Shown here one piece after another: positions 15,144-24,959 of a stretch of 56,860 nt of DNA. The first letter of the stretch is position 1. Every line of letters starts with the position of its first letter. The translations under genes and the position numbers were made by a program. Source of the DNA: Chloroflexi bacterium RBG_13_51_52 (GTDB lineage Bacteria > Chloroflexota > Dehalococcoidia > Dehalococcoidales > RBG-16-60-22); NCBI GenBank assembly GCA_001796525.1, contig MGMT01000024.1, positions 1 to 56,860 on the forward strand, given 5' to 3'. The notes beneath the pieces are model-generated. The model saw only the letters and a program-made list of their open reading frames with translations, was not told the DNA's origin and did no database searches.

Positions 15144-16820
15144 ATGAAAAAATTGTTACTGGTCCCGATATTCTTGATGCTGGCAGCTGTATTGATATTT
15201 ACCAGTTGCGGCGGAACAGCGACAACAACAGCAACACAACCTACAGCAACACAGCCAACAGCGACACAACCAACCGCAACACAACCCACAGGAACGCAAC
15301 CGATCAAACCTGAACCTTATGGTACGATAACCATCGGCTCCACAGATTTCAGCTACGAATCAACAGACCCAGTTTATTATGAGTCCTTCTGGGGCTGGTC
15401 AATGTATGAACCAATAATCACATGGGACCCCGATGGTAATTACGTTGGCAATGATGACGCCGATTGGGCCTGCACAGTAGCTGACAGCTGGTCAATAAGC
15501 GAAGACGGCAATACCTGGACGTTTAAAATCCACAAGGGCCTCAAAGCCTGGAACGGCGAGCCAATTACAGCAGAAGACGTCAAATGGTCCGTAGACCGGT
15601 TTGGGGATATGACAGTATCCACGAATCCCTGGTCATTTTTCCTTAGCACGATGTACAACACGAAAAGCACGGCTGTTATCGATGACTACACCTTCGAATT
15701 CGTGACCAATCATCCCGAGCCAGCTCTGGTCGTGCCTTTTGCCTGGACTCGCGTCCTGCCCAAGGACTACTTTGAGTCAGTAGGTCAGGAAGAATTCAGG
15801 AAGAACCCAATGGGTTCCGGTCCCTGGAAGTTCGTCGAGCATACTCCGGAGACCAGCTTTACGATGGAAGCCAACACAGACTACTGGAACCCACTAGCCA
15901 TACCCGAGTATAAAACTCTTAAATATCTCCAGGTTCCAGAAGAAGCAACGCAGGTTGCCATGCTCAAGCGCGGCGAACTTGATATGGTCACCGTAAACAT
16001 GGACAGGATCGTTGCACTGCAGAAAGCCGGCTGGAAAACCGTTGAATTCGGGTTCCCCGCCCTGATCAATCTGACCGTCCAGGGAAGCTACTATGAGACG
16101 GCCGGACCCGTGCACGACATAAGAGTCCGACAGGCATTATCCTATGCCATCAACCGCCAGGAAATTTGTGATTCCTACTACCTGGGTAACGCCGTACCGG
16201 GAGGCATGTGGTTCATGTCCCCGGGCAGCTATGGCTGGAAAGACTCATGGCTTAATTTCTACTCATATGATCCAGATAAAGCCAAAGCACTGCTGGCAGA
16301 AGCCGGATATCCGGATGCCTGGGAAGACCCGGTAATCCACATGTACATCTCACCAGGATCCGGAGTCGATTTCATGCAGATAATCCAGGGCTACTGGAGA
16401 GCTGTCGGTATCGACTGCGTAATTGAGATAGTTGACTCCGTGGTATATGGCGGTCTTTACTTTAGCTTCGGACCTCTGGCAGAAGATGCGCAAAACGTGG
16501 GCTGGATATTCCCGTGGTTCTTCAATGGCGCACCTAACAGCACATACCACGCATCCAACATGTACACATCGACGGGCGTGCACCACGGACTTACCGACCC
16601 GACGATTGACGCAATGTACGCGAAGTATGCCGCAGAACTCGACCCGGTGAAGGCATTGAAGTACTGGCAGGAGTTCCAGGAAGCGGGCCATGCCCAGTAT
16701 ATCAATATCGGCATCTGCATGGTTAAACCGCTGGTTATCTCCGGACCTAACCTTGGTGCATGGAGCTACAAGACCTGGGTTTCCTCCGCCGATTCTCTAG
16801 CCTTCCTTAAGCACCCTTAA
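15144..16820 (+). CDS. ABC transporter substrate-binding lipoprotein, family 5 (peptide/nickel, Opp/Dpp-type)
   Basis: Signal peptide plus lipobox-like ...LIFTSC|GG, a TATQP x4 linker, then a family-5 solute-binding-protein-like body. It is followed by two permeases and two ATPases. Confidence 0.85.
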   Translation: MKKLLLVPIFLMLAAVLIFTSCGGTATTTATQPTATQPTATQPTATQPTGTQPIKPEPYGTITIGSTDFSYESTDPVYYESFWGWSMYEPIITWDPDGNYVGNDDADWACTVADSWSISEDGNTWTFKIHKGLKAWNGEPITAEDVKWSVDRFGDMTVSTNPWSFFLSTMYNTKSTAVIDDYTFEFVTNHPEPALVVPFAWTRVLPKDYFESVGQEEFRKNPMGSGPWKFVEHTPETSFTMEANTDYWNPLAIPEYKTLKYLQVPEEATQVAMLKRGELDMVTVNMDRIVALQKAGWKTVEFGFPALINLTVQGSYYETAGPVHDIRVRQALSYAINRQEICDSYYLGNAVPGGMWFMSPGSYGWKDSWLNFYSYDPDKAKALLAEAGYPDAWEDPVIHMYISPGSGVDFMQIIQGYWRAVGIDCVIEIVDSVVYGGLYFSFGPLAEDAQNVGWIFPWFFNGAPNSTYHASNMYTSTGVHHGLTDPTIDAMYAKYAAELDPVKALKYWQEFQEAGHAQYINIGICMVKPLVISGPNLGAWSYKTWVSSADSLAFLKHP

Positions 16821-16864
16821 GAGAATACTTGGTTCGTTAAAAGACCAGTTTAACGCGAAATAGA

Positions 16865-16897
16865 GGCTTTTCGGGGGGTAATCCCCCCCGAAAAGCC
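16865..16897 (+). terminator. Stem-loop after the SBP gene (intra-operon attenuator or terminator)
   Basis: GGCTTTTCGGGGGG-taat-CCCCCCCGAAAAGCC, a perfect 14-bp stem. There is no contiguous U-tract. Confidence 0.45.
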
Positions 16898-17126
16898 ATG
16901 GTTCAAAAAATTACCCTTAGGTATCATAATGAGTGGTACTTTGTATCCATTTTTACCGAATTATACGCAATATACGGATAATTTTAATGAGAAATTTGTA
17001 TAAATGCTAAAATATTTGACACTTAGATAATATATATGTATCATAGAATTAATTACTCAAATTTAGTATTACACTAAGATAAAAAGGAACTATTCTTAGT
17101 AATCCCAAATATCAAGGGAAAAGACA

Positions 17127-18050
17127 GTGACGCGTTTTATCATAATAAGAATACTACAGTCCATCATCGCTCTCATCGGAATCATGGTAATGGTCTTTTT
17201 CCTGGTCCGGCTTTCAGGAGACCCCACCGAACTGATAAAATCGCCCAACTCAACAAAAGAACAAATAGAAGCAGTAAAAATACAGCTCGGACTGGATAAA
17301 TCATACGCCGAGCAGTTCTTGATTTTCATTAAAGACTACTCCAGGGGCGAGTTCGGCAAGTCATTCATGCAGATGCGACCCGTCATCGAAATGATCGGCG
17401 AGGCACTACCGAATACATTAAAACTAGGTATTCCCTCATTTATTATAGGCATGGTCTTGGCATTTACTCTAGGTATATTGGGGGCAGTCCGCCGCGACTC
17501 AATTATAGACAACACCGTTAAATTTTTAGCCATCCTTGGGCAGGCATTGCCAGGTTTCTGGGTAGCTATCATTGCGGTATTAGTGTTATCCGTGCACTGG
17601 CAGATTTTCCCAGCGGCCGGCATGGATACACCGCTTCACTATGTCCTGCCGGTGGGCACCATGGTCTTCTTTATGCTGCCGGGCATGATGCGTCTGGTAC
17701 GTTCCAGCATGCTGGATGTACTCGATAGCGAGTATGTCAAGCTGGCAAGAATTAAGGGTCTCCCGGAAAGAGTGGTTATCTGGAAACATGCGCTGCGAAA
17801 CGCATTGATAGCACCGTTGACAACAGCAGGCATGATATTCGCCGGAATAGTTGGCGGCGCGATAATCACCGAGAACATTTTTAACTGGCCGGGCATGGGC
17901 AGGCTGGCGCTTTCATCGACATTTTCCAGGGATTTCCCGGTAGTACAGACGATTACGATATTAATTGCAATAATGGTACTCGGGGCGAACCTGCTTGTCG
18001 ATATTGCATACGCCTATGTCGACCCGCAAATAAGGTATGAAAAGTCATAA
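17127..18050 (+). CDS. ABC transporter permease (OppB/DppB-like)
   Basis: 307 aa, multi-TM, ending ...DIAYAYVDPQIRYEK, the typical OppB-type C-terminus. Confidence 0.85.
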   Translation: MTRFIIIRILQSIIALIGIMVMVFFLVRLSGDPTELIKSPNSTKEQIEAVKIQLGLDKSYAEQFLIFIKDYSRGEFGKSFMQMRPVIEMIGEALPNTLKLGIPSFIIGMVLAFTLGILGAVRRDSIIDNTVKFLAILGQALPGFWVAIIAVLVLSVHWQIFPAAGMDTPLHYVLPVGTMVFFMLPGMMRLVRSSMLDVLDSEYVKLARIKGLPERVVIWKHALRNALIAPLTTAGMIFAGIVGGAIITENIFNWPGMGRLALSSTFSRDFPVVQTITILIAIMVLGANLLVDIAYAYVDPQIRYEKS

Positions 18051-18065
18051 AGGCTGGCATATATA

Positions 18066-18968
18066 ATGACAGTGGCACCGAATATAGAAGCAAAGACAAC
18101 TAATAAGAGGAAGGGTGGTGTTTCTCGGTGGTCCCGTATAATGAAGAACCTGACATTTATTATTCCGTTGTCTATATTCATTATACTAATACTGACGTCA
18201 ATATTTGCACCGTTTATAGCTCCTCATGACCCAGAGGCGACATCTTTGACAGAAAGGCGTCTGCCACCAGCTTTTATTGAGGGTGGGAGCACAAAGTATC
18301 TCCTAGGGACAGACAGTCTGGGCAGAGATGTGTTAAGTCGTGTTATTTACGGGGCGAGGGTCTCTCTTAGCGTTTCTCTGATGGTGATAGCTATTACCGC
18401 CGGCATCGGTACGCTTATGGGTATAGCTTCAGGCTACCTCGGAGGGCGTATCGACGGCTTTTTAATGAGGGTAGTTGATATTGCCATGTCTTTTCCCGGC
18501 CTGGTCCTGGCAATGTTGCTGGCGGTGGCCTTGGGACCAGGTTTTTTCACCGTGGTGATAGCGTTATCAGCACTGGGCTGGGCTGGTTATGCACGTTTAA
18601 TACGTGGAGAGACATTGCGTATACGCAATTCAGACTTCGTAGCACAGGCGCGTATATCCGGCGCATCTTCGTGGAGAATAATGCTCAGACACATTTTCCC
18701 GAATGTCCTTAATCCGTTGATAATAATTATGACATTAGCCGTGGGTATGATGATTCTGGCAGAATCCGGCATGAGCTACCTCGGCATAGGTATTCCGCCA
18801 CCGACACCATCATGGGGTTCCATGGTGTCTGATGGAAGAAACGACCTGGATGTTGCCTGGTGGATTTCTACGTTCCCCGGCATATGTATCGGGTTGGTGG
18901 TATTATCCGGCAACTTCCTGGGTGATTGGCTACGTGATAAAATGGACCCGAGGTTGAGACAATTATGA
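18066..18968 (+). CDS. ABC transporter permease (OppC/DppC-like)
   Basis: 300 aa, multi-TM, with ...LLGTDSLGRDVLSRVIYGARVSL... and ...LGDWLRDKMDPRLR. Confidence 0.85.
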   Translation: MTVAPNIEAKTTNKRKGGVSRWSRIMKNLTFIIPLSIFIILILTSIFAPFIAPHDPEATSLTERRLPPAFIEGGSTKYLLGTDSLGRDVLSRVIYGARVSLSVSLMVIAITAGIGTLMGIASGYLGGRIDGFLMRVVDIAMSFPGLVLAMLLAVALGPGFFTVVIALSALGWAGYARLIRGETLRIRNSDFVAQARISGASSWRIMLRHIFPNVLNPLIIIMTLAVGMMILAESGMSYLGIGIPPPTPSWGSMVSDGRNDLDVAWWISTFPGICIGLVVLSGNFLGDWLRDKMDPRLRQL

Positions 18969-19933
18969 GTAATGTTGTACTACAAGTTGAAGACCTGCAT
19001 ACTTCTTTCTTTACAAGGATGGGTGAGGTCAAGGCTGTTGACGGGGTGAGTTTCTTGATAAGGGAGGGGGAGACTTTCGGGATTGTGGGTGAATCCGGCT
19101 GCGGTAAATCAGTAACCGGGTTATCAATCATGCGTTTACTTCCAGAGCCGGGGGGCCAGATTGTGGGGGGCAAGATAATCCTGGAGGGTAAAAACCTCCT
19201 GGAGTTGAGCAAAAAGGCAATGAGGGCGTATCGCGGGAAAATAGTTTCCATGATATTGCAGGACCCGATGTCCTCACTTAATCCGGTGTATCAAGTCGGC
19301 GACCAGATAGCAGAATCAGTGCGGCTGCACCAGGGCCTTCCTGAGAATATGGTTGAACCTGAAGTGATATCAGCATTGCGGTTATTGAGAATCCCGGCTC
19401 CGGAAGTACGTATCAAGGAATATCCTTTTCAACTTAGCGGAGGCATGAGGCAGAGGGTGGTGGGATCAATAGCAATGTCCTGCAAGCCACGCCTGCTGAT
19501 TGCCGATGAACCTACGACTGCTTTGGATTCAACTATACAGGCTCAATACATCGCTTTATTCGAGGATATTCAGGCGAAGACAAACGTGGCGATAATGTTT
19601 ATTACCCATGATTTCGGGGTCATTTCCAGGATATGCGATAGAGTGGGAGTCATGTATGCAGGGAAAATCGTGGAAACAGCCCCTACGAGGGAAATTTTTA
19701 AAGCGCCCAAGCACCCCTATACAGTCGCCCTGATTCATTCTGTACCGCGTCTGGATCAAAAAGACGAACGGTTATTTTCAATCGAAGGTCAGCCGCCTTC
19801 ATTGATGAACTTACCTCCCGGGTGCCGCTTCTGTCCACGCTGTACCGTTGCGCTTGATGTTTGTAAGGAGCAACAGCCGCCCGAGGTAAAAATCAGTGAT
19901 AATCACTCTGTATCTTGTTGGAGGGTAAAGTAA
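18965..19933 (+). CDS. ABC transporter ATP-binding protein (OppD-like)
   Basis: Walker A GESGCGKS, signature LSGGMRQR, Walker B LLIADEPTTALD, and a C-terminal oligopeptide-type Cys motif. Confidence 0.9.
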   Translation: MSNVVLQVEDLHTSFFTRMGEVKAVDGVSFLIREGETFGIVGESGCGKSVTGLSIMRLLPEPGGQIVGGKIILEGKNLLELSKKAMRAYRGKIVSMILQDPMSSLNPVYQVGDQIAESVRLHQGLPENMVEPEVISALRLLRIPAPEVRIKEYPFQLSGGMRQRVVGSIAMSCKPRLLIADEPTTALDSTIQAQYIALFEDIQAKTNVAIMFITHDFGVISRICDRVGVMYAGKIVETAPTREIFKAPKHPYTVALIHSVPRLDQKDERLFSIEGQPPSLMNLPPGCRFCPRCTVALDVCKEQQPPEVKISDNHSVSCWRVK

Positions 19934-19936
19934 GTC

Positions 19937-20914
19937 ATGGCAGAGGTTTTACTCGAAGCGCGTGATATTGTAAAACACTATCCGGTGACACGGGGGCTTC
20001 TTCAACGTACCGTCGGCTGGGTAAGGGCCGTGGATGGTGTTTCTTTTACCGTAGAACAGGGCAAGACTTTTAGCCTTGTGGGAGAATCAGGGGCGGGGAA
20101 AACGACTATTGCCAAGGCAATATTACTGCTGGAGAGACTGACTTCCGGCAACATTCTTTTTGAAGGGAAAGACGTTTATAAATTCTCTGCCGCGCAGCTT
20201 AAAACCGGCTATAGGCCCAAGGTCCAGTCCGTGCAACAGAATCCCTGGAGTTCCATGAATCCCAGAATGAGGGTGAGAGATATTGTCGGCGAACCGCTGT
20301 TTGTGAACACAAAGCAGCCCAAGAAGGAAGTGTATGATAACGTTAGCAAGCTACTGGACCAAGTGGGTATAGGGGCGGAGGGTATGACCCGCTATCCGCA
20401 CGAATTCAGCGGCGGCCAACGCCAGCGTATCGCCGTGGCACGCGCTCTGGCATTACACCCGAACCTGCTGGTACTGGATGAGCCCGTTTCCGCCCTCGAT
20501 GTATCAATCCGGGCGCAGATAATGAATTTGTTGAAAGACCTCCAAACACAGTTTAACCTTAGCTATATAGTAATCGCGCATAATCTAGCAACGGTAAGAT
20601 ATATGAGCCACGGTGTGGCCATTATGTACCTCGGACAGCTGGTAGAATACGGGGACACAGAGGAGCTTTTCAAGAATCCTTTACATCCGTATACGAGGGC
20701 TCTGATATCCGCTTCACAGTTGACGTTGCCCGAGGATGCTAAAGACGGTGCGAAACAGATTATATTGACCGGTGAAATGCCTTCACCATTGAATCCACCA
20801 CCGGGCTGCCGATTCCACACCCGCTGCGCCGAGGCCGGGGAACTCTGCTCAAAAGAAATACCAGATATGCGGCAGGTCGGTAAAAATTACGTGAAGTGCC
20901 ATCACTACAAATAG
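19937..20914 (+). CDS. ABC transporter ATP-binding protein (OppF-like)
   Basis: Walker A GESGAGKT, signature FSGGQRQR, Walker B LLVLDEPVSALD. Confidence 0.9.
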   Translation: MAEVLLEARDIVKHYPVTRGLLQRTVGWVRAVDGVSFTVEQGKTFSLVGESGAGKTTIAKAILLLERLTSGNILFEGKDVYKFSAAQLKTGYRPKVQSVQQNPWSSMNPRMRVRDIVGEPLFVNTKQPKKEVYDNVSKLLDQVGIGAEGMTRYPHEFSGGQRQRIAVARALALHPNLLVLDEPVSALDVSIRAQIMNLLKDLQTQFNLSYIVIAHNLATVRYMSHGVAIMYLGQLVEYGDTEELFKNPLHPYTRALISASQLTLPEDAKDGAKQIILTGEMPSPLNPPPGCRFHTRCAEAGELCSKEIPDMRQVGKNYVKCHHYK

Positions 20915-20965
20915 CGATTACTTCTGCAGGGCAATCCTGATATCAAGAAAAGCACAGGCTGGTTT

Positions 20966-22207
20966 CTAGAGCCTGATTCTCCGTCCACATCTGGTACAGA
21001 GCACATTATTATCTTTAAAACCCGGCGGTATTTTCCACCTGGCGCCGCATTCACAGTCCACAGTCCTGTATTTATCCAAGCGCAGCATGAGGTCCGACAC
21101 TTCATGGGTTCCCGCGGCTTTACTCGCGGCTTTGCCCGAAGCGAGCCCTAATTCTCCGGGGGCGGACAGCGATGCCTGCCTGACACCTACAGCGCCTATT
21201 CCCGCCGTTGCAGTTTGAGAGATAATTGCCTGTTTGCCAGAATGCACTTTGCGGTAAGCATTATTATAATCCGTAAAGGAAGCGCCGCCAGCCATGGCAC
21301 GCAAGATGCGTACCCTCTCCGATATGGGGGGGTGAGTACTGGTAAGGTCAGCGGCTTTCATGCCCTCTTTACGGAAAGGATTGATGATATACATAGGGGC
21401 AGTAGCTTGATTGGCGGATTTCAACTGCTGGGTTGAACCCCCGATTTTTTCCAGAGCCGATGCCAGGCCTTCCGGATAGCGAGTATAGAGAGCGGAGGAG
21501 GCATCGGCGAGATATTCCCTCTTGCGGGAGATAGCATAGTAAATAAGTTGCGCCATGATGGGTGCAAGAATCATCAAGACAAGGCCGACAATCAGGATAA
21601 TCGCTTGGGCGCCACCTCCACCACCGCCACTACGCGATGAAGACCTTCTGCCTGAACCCGCCATACCACCAAAGATTAAAACGCGTGTGGCATACCACGA
21701 AAGTATCACGATAGTGCCGAGCATTACGGCTGTAATCGCCATAAGAAGGACGTCACGATTTTTAATGTGCGCAATCTCATGGCCGATGACTCCCTGTAAT
21801 TCATCACGGTTGAGCTTCTGCAATAAACCGGAAGTGATAGCCACCGATGCTTTAGAGGGGTCGCGGCCGGTAGCGAAGGCATTTAATGCCGGGTCGTCAA
21901 TGATATAGACATCCGGCACCTTCTCAAGGCCGGAGGCTATTTTCATCTCCTCGACCACATTATAGAGTCTCGGGGCATCATCGGGGCCGATTTTCTTGGC
22001 TTTCGCCATAACGAGCAGGATGCTATCGCCCTGAAAATAAGCAACCAGGCTCATAATTGCCCAGACAATTAAGGCAATGACCAGTCCACCAACCGCGCTA
22101 TCGAAAAAGTAAAGTCCCAGAAAATAGCCGACAGCCAGCAATAATCCCGCGATAAGCGCGATCAGAAATACCGACCTTACCTGGTTTGACCGTATCTGTT
22201 CCCACAT
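20966..22207 (-). CDS. M48-family (HtpX-like) membrane Zn-metalloprotease with C-terminal zinc-ribbon extension
   Basis: HEIAH motif, several TM segments, a poly-Gly tract SGGGGGGA, and a C-terminal ~110-aa extension ending ...VDCECGARWKIPPGFKDNNVLCTRCGRRI. Confidence 0.8.
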   Translation of the reverse strand: MWEQIRSNQVRSVFLIALIAGLLLAVGYFLGLYFFDSAVGGLVIALIVWAIMSLVAYFQGDSILLVMAKAKKIGPDDAPRLYNVVEEMKIASGLEKVPDVYIIDDPALNAFATGRDPSKASVAITSGLLQKLNRDELQGVIGHEIAHIKNRDVLLMAITAVMLGTIVILSWYATRVLIFGGMAGSGRRSSSRSGGGGGGAQAIILIVGLVLMILAPIMAQLIYYAISRKREYLADASSALYTRYPEGLASALEKIGGSTQQLKSANQATAPMYIINPFRKEGMKAADLTSTHPPISERVRILRAMAGGASFTDYNNAYRKVHSGKQAIISQTATAGIGAVGVRQASLSAPGELGLASGKAASKAAGTHEVSDLMLRLDKYRTVDCECGARWKIPPGFKDNNVLCTRCGRRIRL

Positions 22208-22225
22208 GATTTATATTTTTCTTGC

Positions 22226-22789
22226 TTAAGTAAAACTGACCTTTGGAGCTTCTTTCTCCACCGTTATGGTAACTTCAAAGAATTCACCCAATTTAAAGCT
22301 GAACATGCCGGCGATAACGTTGGAAGGAAACATCTGTATTTTATTGTTATATTTCAGGACAGAATCATTGTAATACTGCCGGGAGAAGCTGATTTTATTC
22401 TCTGTGGAGGTCAACTCCTCCTGTAGAGCGAGGAAGTTCTGGTTGGCTTTCAATTCCGGATAAGCCTCGGCAACTGCCAGCAGCCTGCCCAGCGCCATGC
22501 CCAACTCACCTTCCAACTTGCCTCTTTCAGCAGCACCAGCAGAGGACGCCTGCTGGGCTAGATTACGAGCTTTGGTTACCATCTCAAATGTTTCCCGCTC
22601 GTGTTTAGCGTAGCCTTTGACTGTTTCTACGAGATTGGGGATTAGGTCATATCGCCTTTTCAGCTGAACGTCTATCTGCGCCCAGGCGTTCTTGACCTGG
22701 TTGCGGAAGCCAACCAAGCCGTTGTAAGCGCCGATGATGAAAAAAATCAAGATAACGACGATGCCGAGGACAATCCATAATGCAATCAC
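22226..22789 (-). CDS. lemA: LemA family protein
   Basis: N-terminal TM then ...YNGLVGFRNQVKNAWAQIDVQLKRRYDLIPNLVETVKGYAKHE... and ...LQEELTSTENKISFSRQYYND..., the classic LemA signature. Confidence 0.9.
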   Translation of the reverse strand: MIALWIVLGIVVILIFFIIGAYNGLVGFRNQVKNAWAQIDVQLKRRYDLIPNLVETVKGYAKHERETFEMVTKARNLAQQASSAGAAERGKLEGELGMALGRLLAVAEAYPELKANQNFLALQEELTSTENKISFSRQYYNDSVLKYNNKIQMFPSNVIAGMFSFKLGEFFEVTITVEKEAPKVSFT

Positions 22790-22836
22790 GTTTTACTACC
22801 TCCCAATTATATTTACGCAAATATCTTTTAAGGATA

Positions 22837-23256
22837 TTATCCTGTCTGATGTTTAAACATGTCGCCGACGAAAGCCAGAACACCTTGAGAATCACCTTTT
22901 TCCGGCGATTCTCCTACCAGCGCCTGTACCAGATGATGTACCTCACCGCCGTCAAACCATATGCCATCGCCGACATGGCAGACATCAACGAGGACTTTTT
23001 TATCCCGGTCTATATAGGTCTTTTTCATCTTGTGGTTACAGTCGGGGCATTTACGTTTTTTTTCCGAAGTAGCAACTTCCGGAGCGTGAATAATACCCTC
23101 AAGATAGCGCCGGAAGTCCTCCAACCCAGCCGATTCCATAAGCAATTCAAGCTCGCCGGCATCAAACCAGACGCCGTTACAGACGGGACAATAATCCAAC
23201 TCTATATCCTGATACTCAACAATCAGAGCATCCTTATGACATACCGGACACATCAT
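22837..23256 (-). CDS. Double zf-TFIIB-type zinc-ribbon protein
   Basis: Two repeats: CPVCHK...YCPVCNGVWFDAGELELL and CPDCNH...VCHVGDGIWFDGGEVHHL. Confidence 0.75.
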   Translation of the reverse strand: MMCPVCHKDALIVEYQDIELDYCPVCNGVWFDAGELELLMESAGLEDFRRYLEGIIHAPEVATSEKKRKCPDCNHKMKKTYIDRDKKVLVDVCHVGDGIWFDGGEVHHLVQALVGESPEKGDSQGVLAFVGDMFKHQTG

Positions 23257-23390
23257 ATTACTGTATTCCTTAATTCAATTATACGAGTTTGAAGCGCAGG
23301 TTACAATGCTTTCACAGGTATTGCTGCTATTATACAAACGATAGTAAAGAAGTACAATTAAACGTCTTCCAAGTATATATGATATACTTT

Positions 23391-23419
23391 TTGTATTATT
23401 CCCGTCACGCTGGTATAAT
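23391..23419 (+). promoter_or_regulatory. sigma70-type promoter with extended -10
   Basis: TTGTAT (23391-23396), 17-nt spacer ending in TGG, TATAAT (23414-23419). It lies ~100 nt upstream of ATG 23523. Confidence 0.5.
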
Positions 23420-23522
23420 GTGACACTAAAGAGTCAGGCTGTTCAGGTCGACAGGAATTCCAAGAACAACAACATCACGATTAAACTTTATCTATGTTTA
23501 AAACTAGAACAGGAGCAGAAAG

Positions 23523-24863
23523 ATGCCAGAGAAGAAATGGTCGGAGATGACCCCGCAAGAAAAGAGAGACCAGAGGTTTAAATGGTGGCTCGATGCCGAA
23601 GGCGTAAACTTCACCAGCGCCGCGGCTAAAAAAGCCTACAAGCAGAGGGTGCAGAGGATGATTGACGTTTATAACGTCCGAGAACCGGACAGAGTTCCGG
23701 TCTCACTGATGATAGGCTCACTGCCAGCTTATCTTTACGGCACCGACTATTATAACTGCATGTATGACTATGATCTGGCGGTCAAGGCATGGGATAAATT
23801 TAACGCGGACTTCCAGGACGCGGACTCTCTATCAAGTCCGGGCATGGTAATACCGGGGAAAATATACGATTTGCTGGATTATAAATTGTATAAATACCCG
23901 GGGCACGGGCTGGAAAAAAATGCCACGGGAATCCAGTTCGTCGAGGGCGAGTATATGAAGGCAGACGAGTACAACGCCCTAATTTTAAATCCATCAGATT
24001 TCTGGCAGAGGACCTACATGCCACGTATTTTCGGAGCATTCGAATCGTGGAATCTGCTAACGCCCTTCACCAACATCATCGAACTGCCGGCGATGAATTT
24101 CATGCCGTATTCTCATCCGGGGGTACAAAATTCGCTGCGGACACTGATAAACGTGGGCAACGAACTACTGAAATACATGCAGGTTACCGGGGAATTCGCG
24201 CGGAGAACACTGGAAGCCGGATTTCCCACCGCCAGGGGCGCCTTCGCCAAAGCGCCTTTCGATGTCATCGGCGACACTCTAAGAGGAACACACGGGATTA
24301 TCAACGACATGTTCCGCCAGCCAGACAAGCTCCTCGAAGCTATCGATGTAATAACCAAACTAATGATTGAGTCGGTCATCACTCCCGCCAATGCATCCAA
24401 AGGTTTAATAGCCATGTTCCCCCTGCATAAAGGCGCCGATGGCTGGATGTCCGATAAGCAGTTCGATAGATTTTACTGGCCTTCCCTGAAAAGAGTAATC
24501 GATGCCCTGCTTGAGGAAGGTATTTTACCGATGCTATTTGCCGAGGGCAGCTACGAAACGCGCTTGGAAAGTGTCAACGAATTCGCTAAGGGCGAGGTTT
24601 CCTGGCTTTTCGATAAGACGGATATGGGTAAAGCCAAGAAAATCCTGGGCGAGAAGTGTTGTATCGCCGGAAACGTCCCAACCTCACTAATGCTGACCGG
24701 AACACCAAAATCAGTGAAAGACTATTGCCGTAAACTCATCGAGACCTGCGGCAAGGGCGGAGGTTATATACTGGCGGGCGGGGCGCAGGTAGATAACGGC
24801 AAGCCGGAGAACGTGAGAGCAATGCTGGATGCTGCCAAAGAATACGGCGTATATAGAAAATAG
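23523..24863 (+). CDS. Uroporphyrinogen decarboxylase (URO-D) family protein, probably a methyltransferase-like enzyme of unknown substrate
   Basis: 446 aa. The overall pattern (...REPDRVPV...GSLPAYLYG...PGHGL...QFVEGEYMKADEY...) resembles the long URO-D-family proteins of anaerobes. Assigned by recollection only. Confidence 0.55.
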   Translation: MPEKKWSEMTPQEKRDQRFKWWLDAEGVNFTSAAAKKAYKQRVQRMIDVYNVREPDRVPVSLMIGSLPAYLYGTDYYNCMYDYDLAVKAWDKFNADFQDADSLSSPGMVIPGKIYDLLDYKLYKYPGHGLEKNATGIQFVEGEYMKADEYNALILNPSDFWQRTYMPRIFGAFESWNLLTPFTNIIELPAMNFMPYSHPGVQNSLRTLINVGNELLKYMQVTGEFARRTLEAGFPTARGAFAKAPFDVIGDTLRGTHGIINDMFRQPDKLLEAIDVITKLMIESVITPANASKGLIAMFPLHKGADGWMSDKQFDRFYWPSLKRVIDALLEEGILPMLFAEGSYETRLESVNEFAKGEVSWLFDKTDMGKAKKILGEKCCIAGNVPTSLMLTGTPKSVKDYCRKLIETCGKGGGYILAGGAQVDNGKPENVRAMLDAAKEYGVYRK

Positions 24864-24959
24864 CAGCTGTGATAGTTATGTAAAGGAGTGGTTTTTACAG
24901 CAGGAAATGGGACGGACTATAAAAGAGATATTGAATAACAATAGGATTAGAGGATAAAT

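Noticed and set aside
14912-15307. 131-aa minus-strand ORF with a striking GCVAVGCVAVGCVAV repeat
   Set aside because: It is the reverse complement of the (TATQP)n linker of the plus-strand SBP gene and of AT-rich promoter DNA. It has no RBS, so it is a shadow ORF.
22780-23292. 170-aa plus-strand ORF
   Set aside because: It is antisense to the double zf-TFIIB gene and the LemA 5' end. The minus-strand genes have clear motifs.
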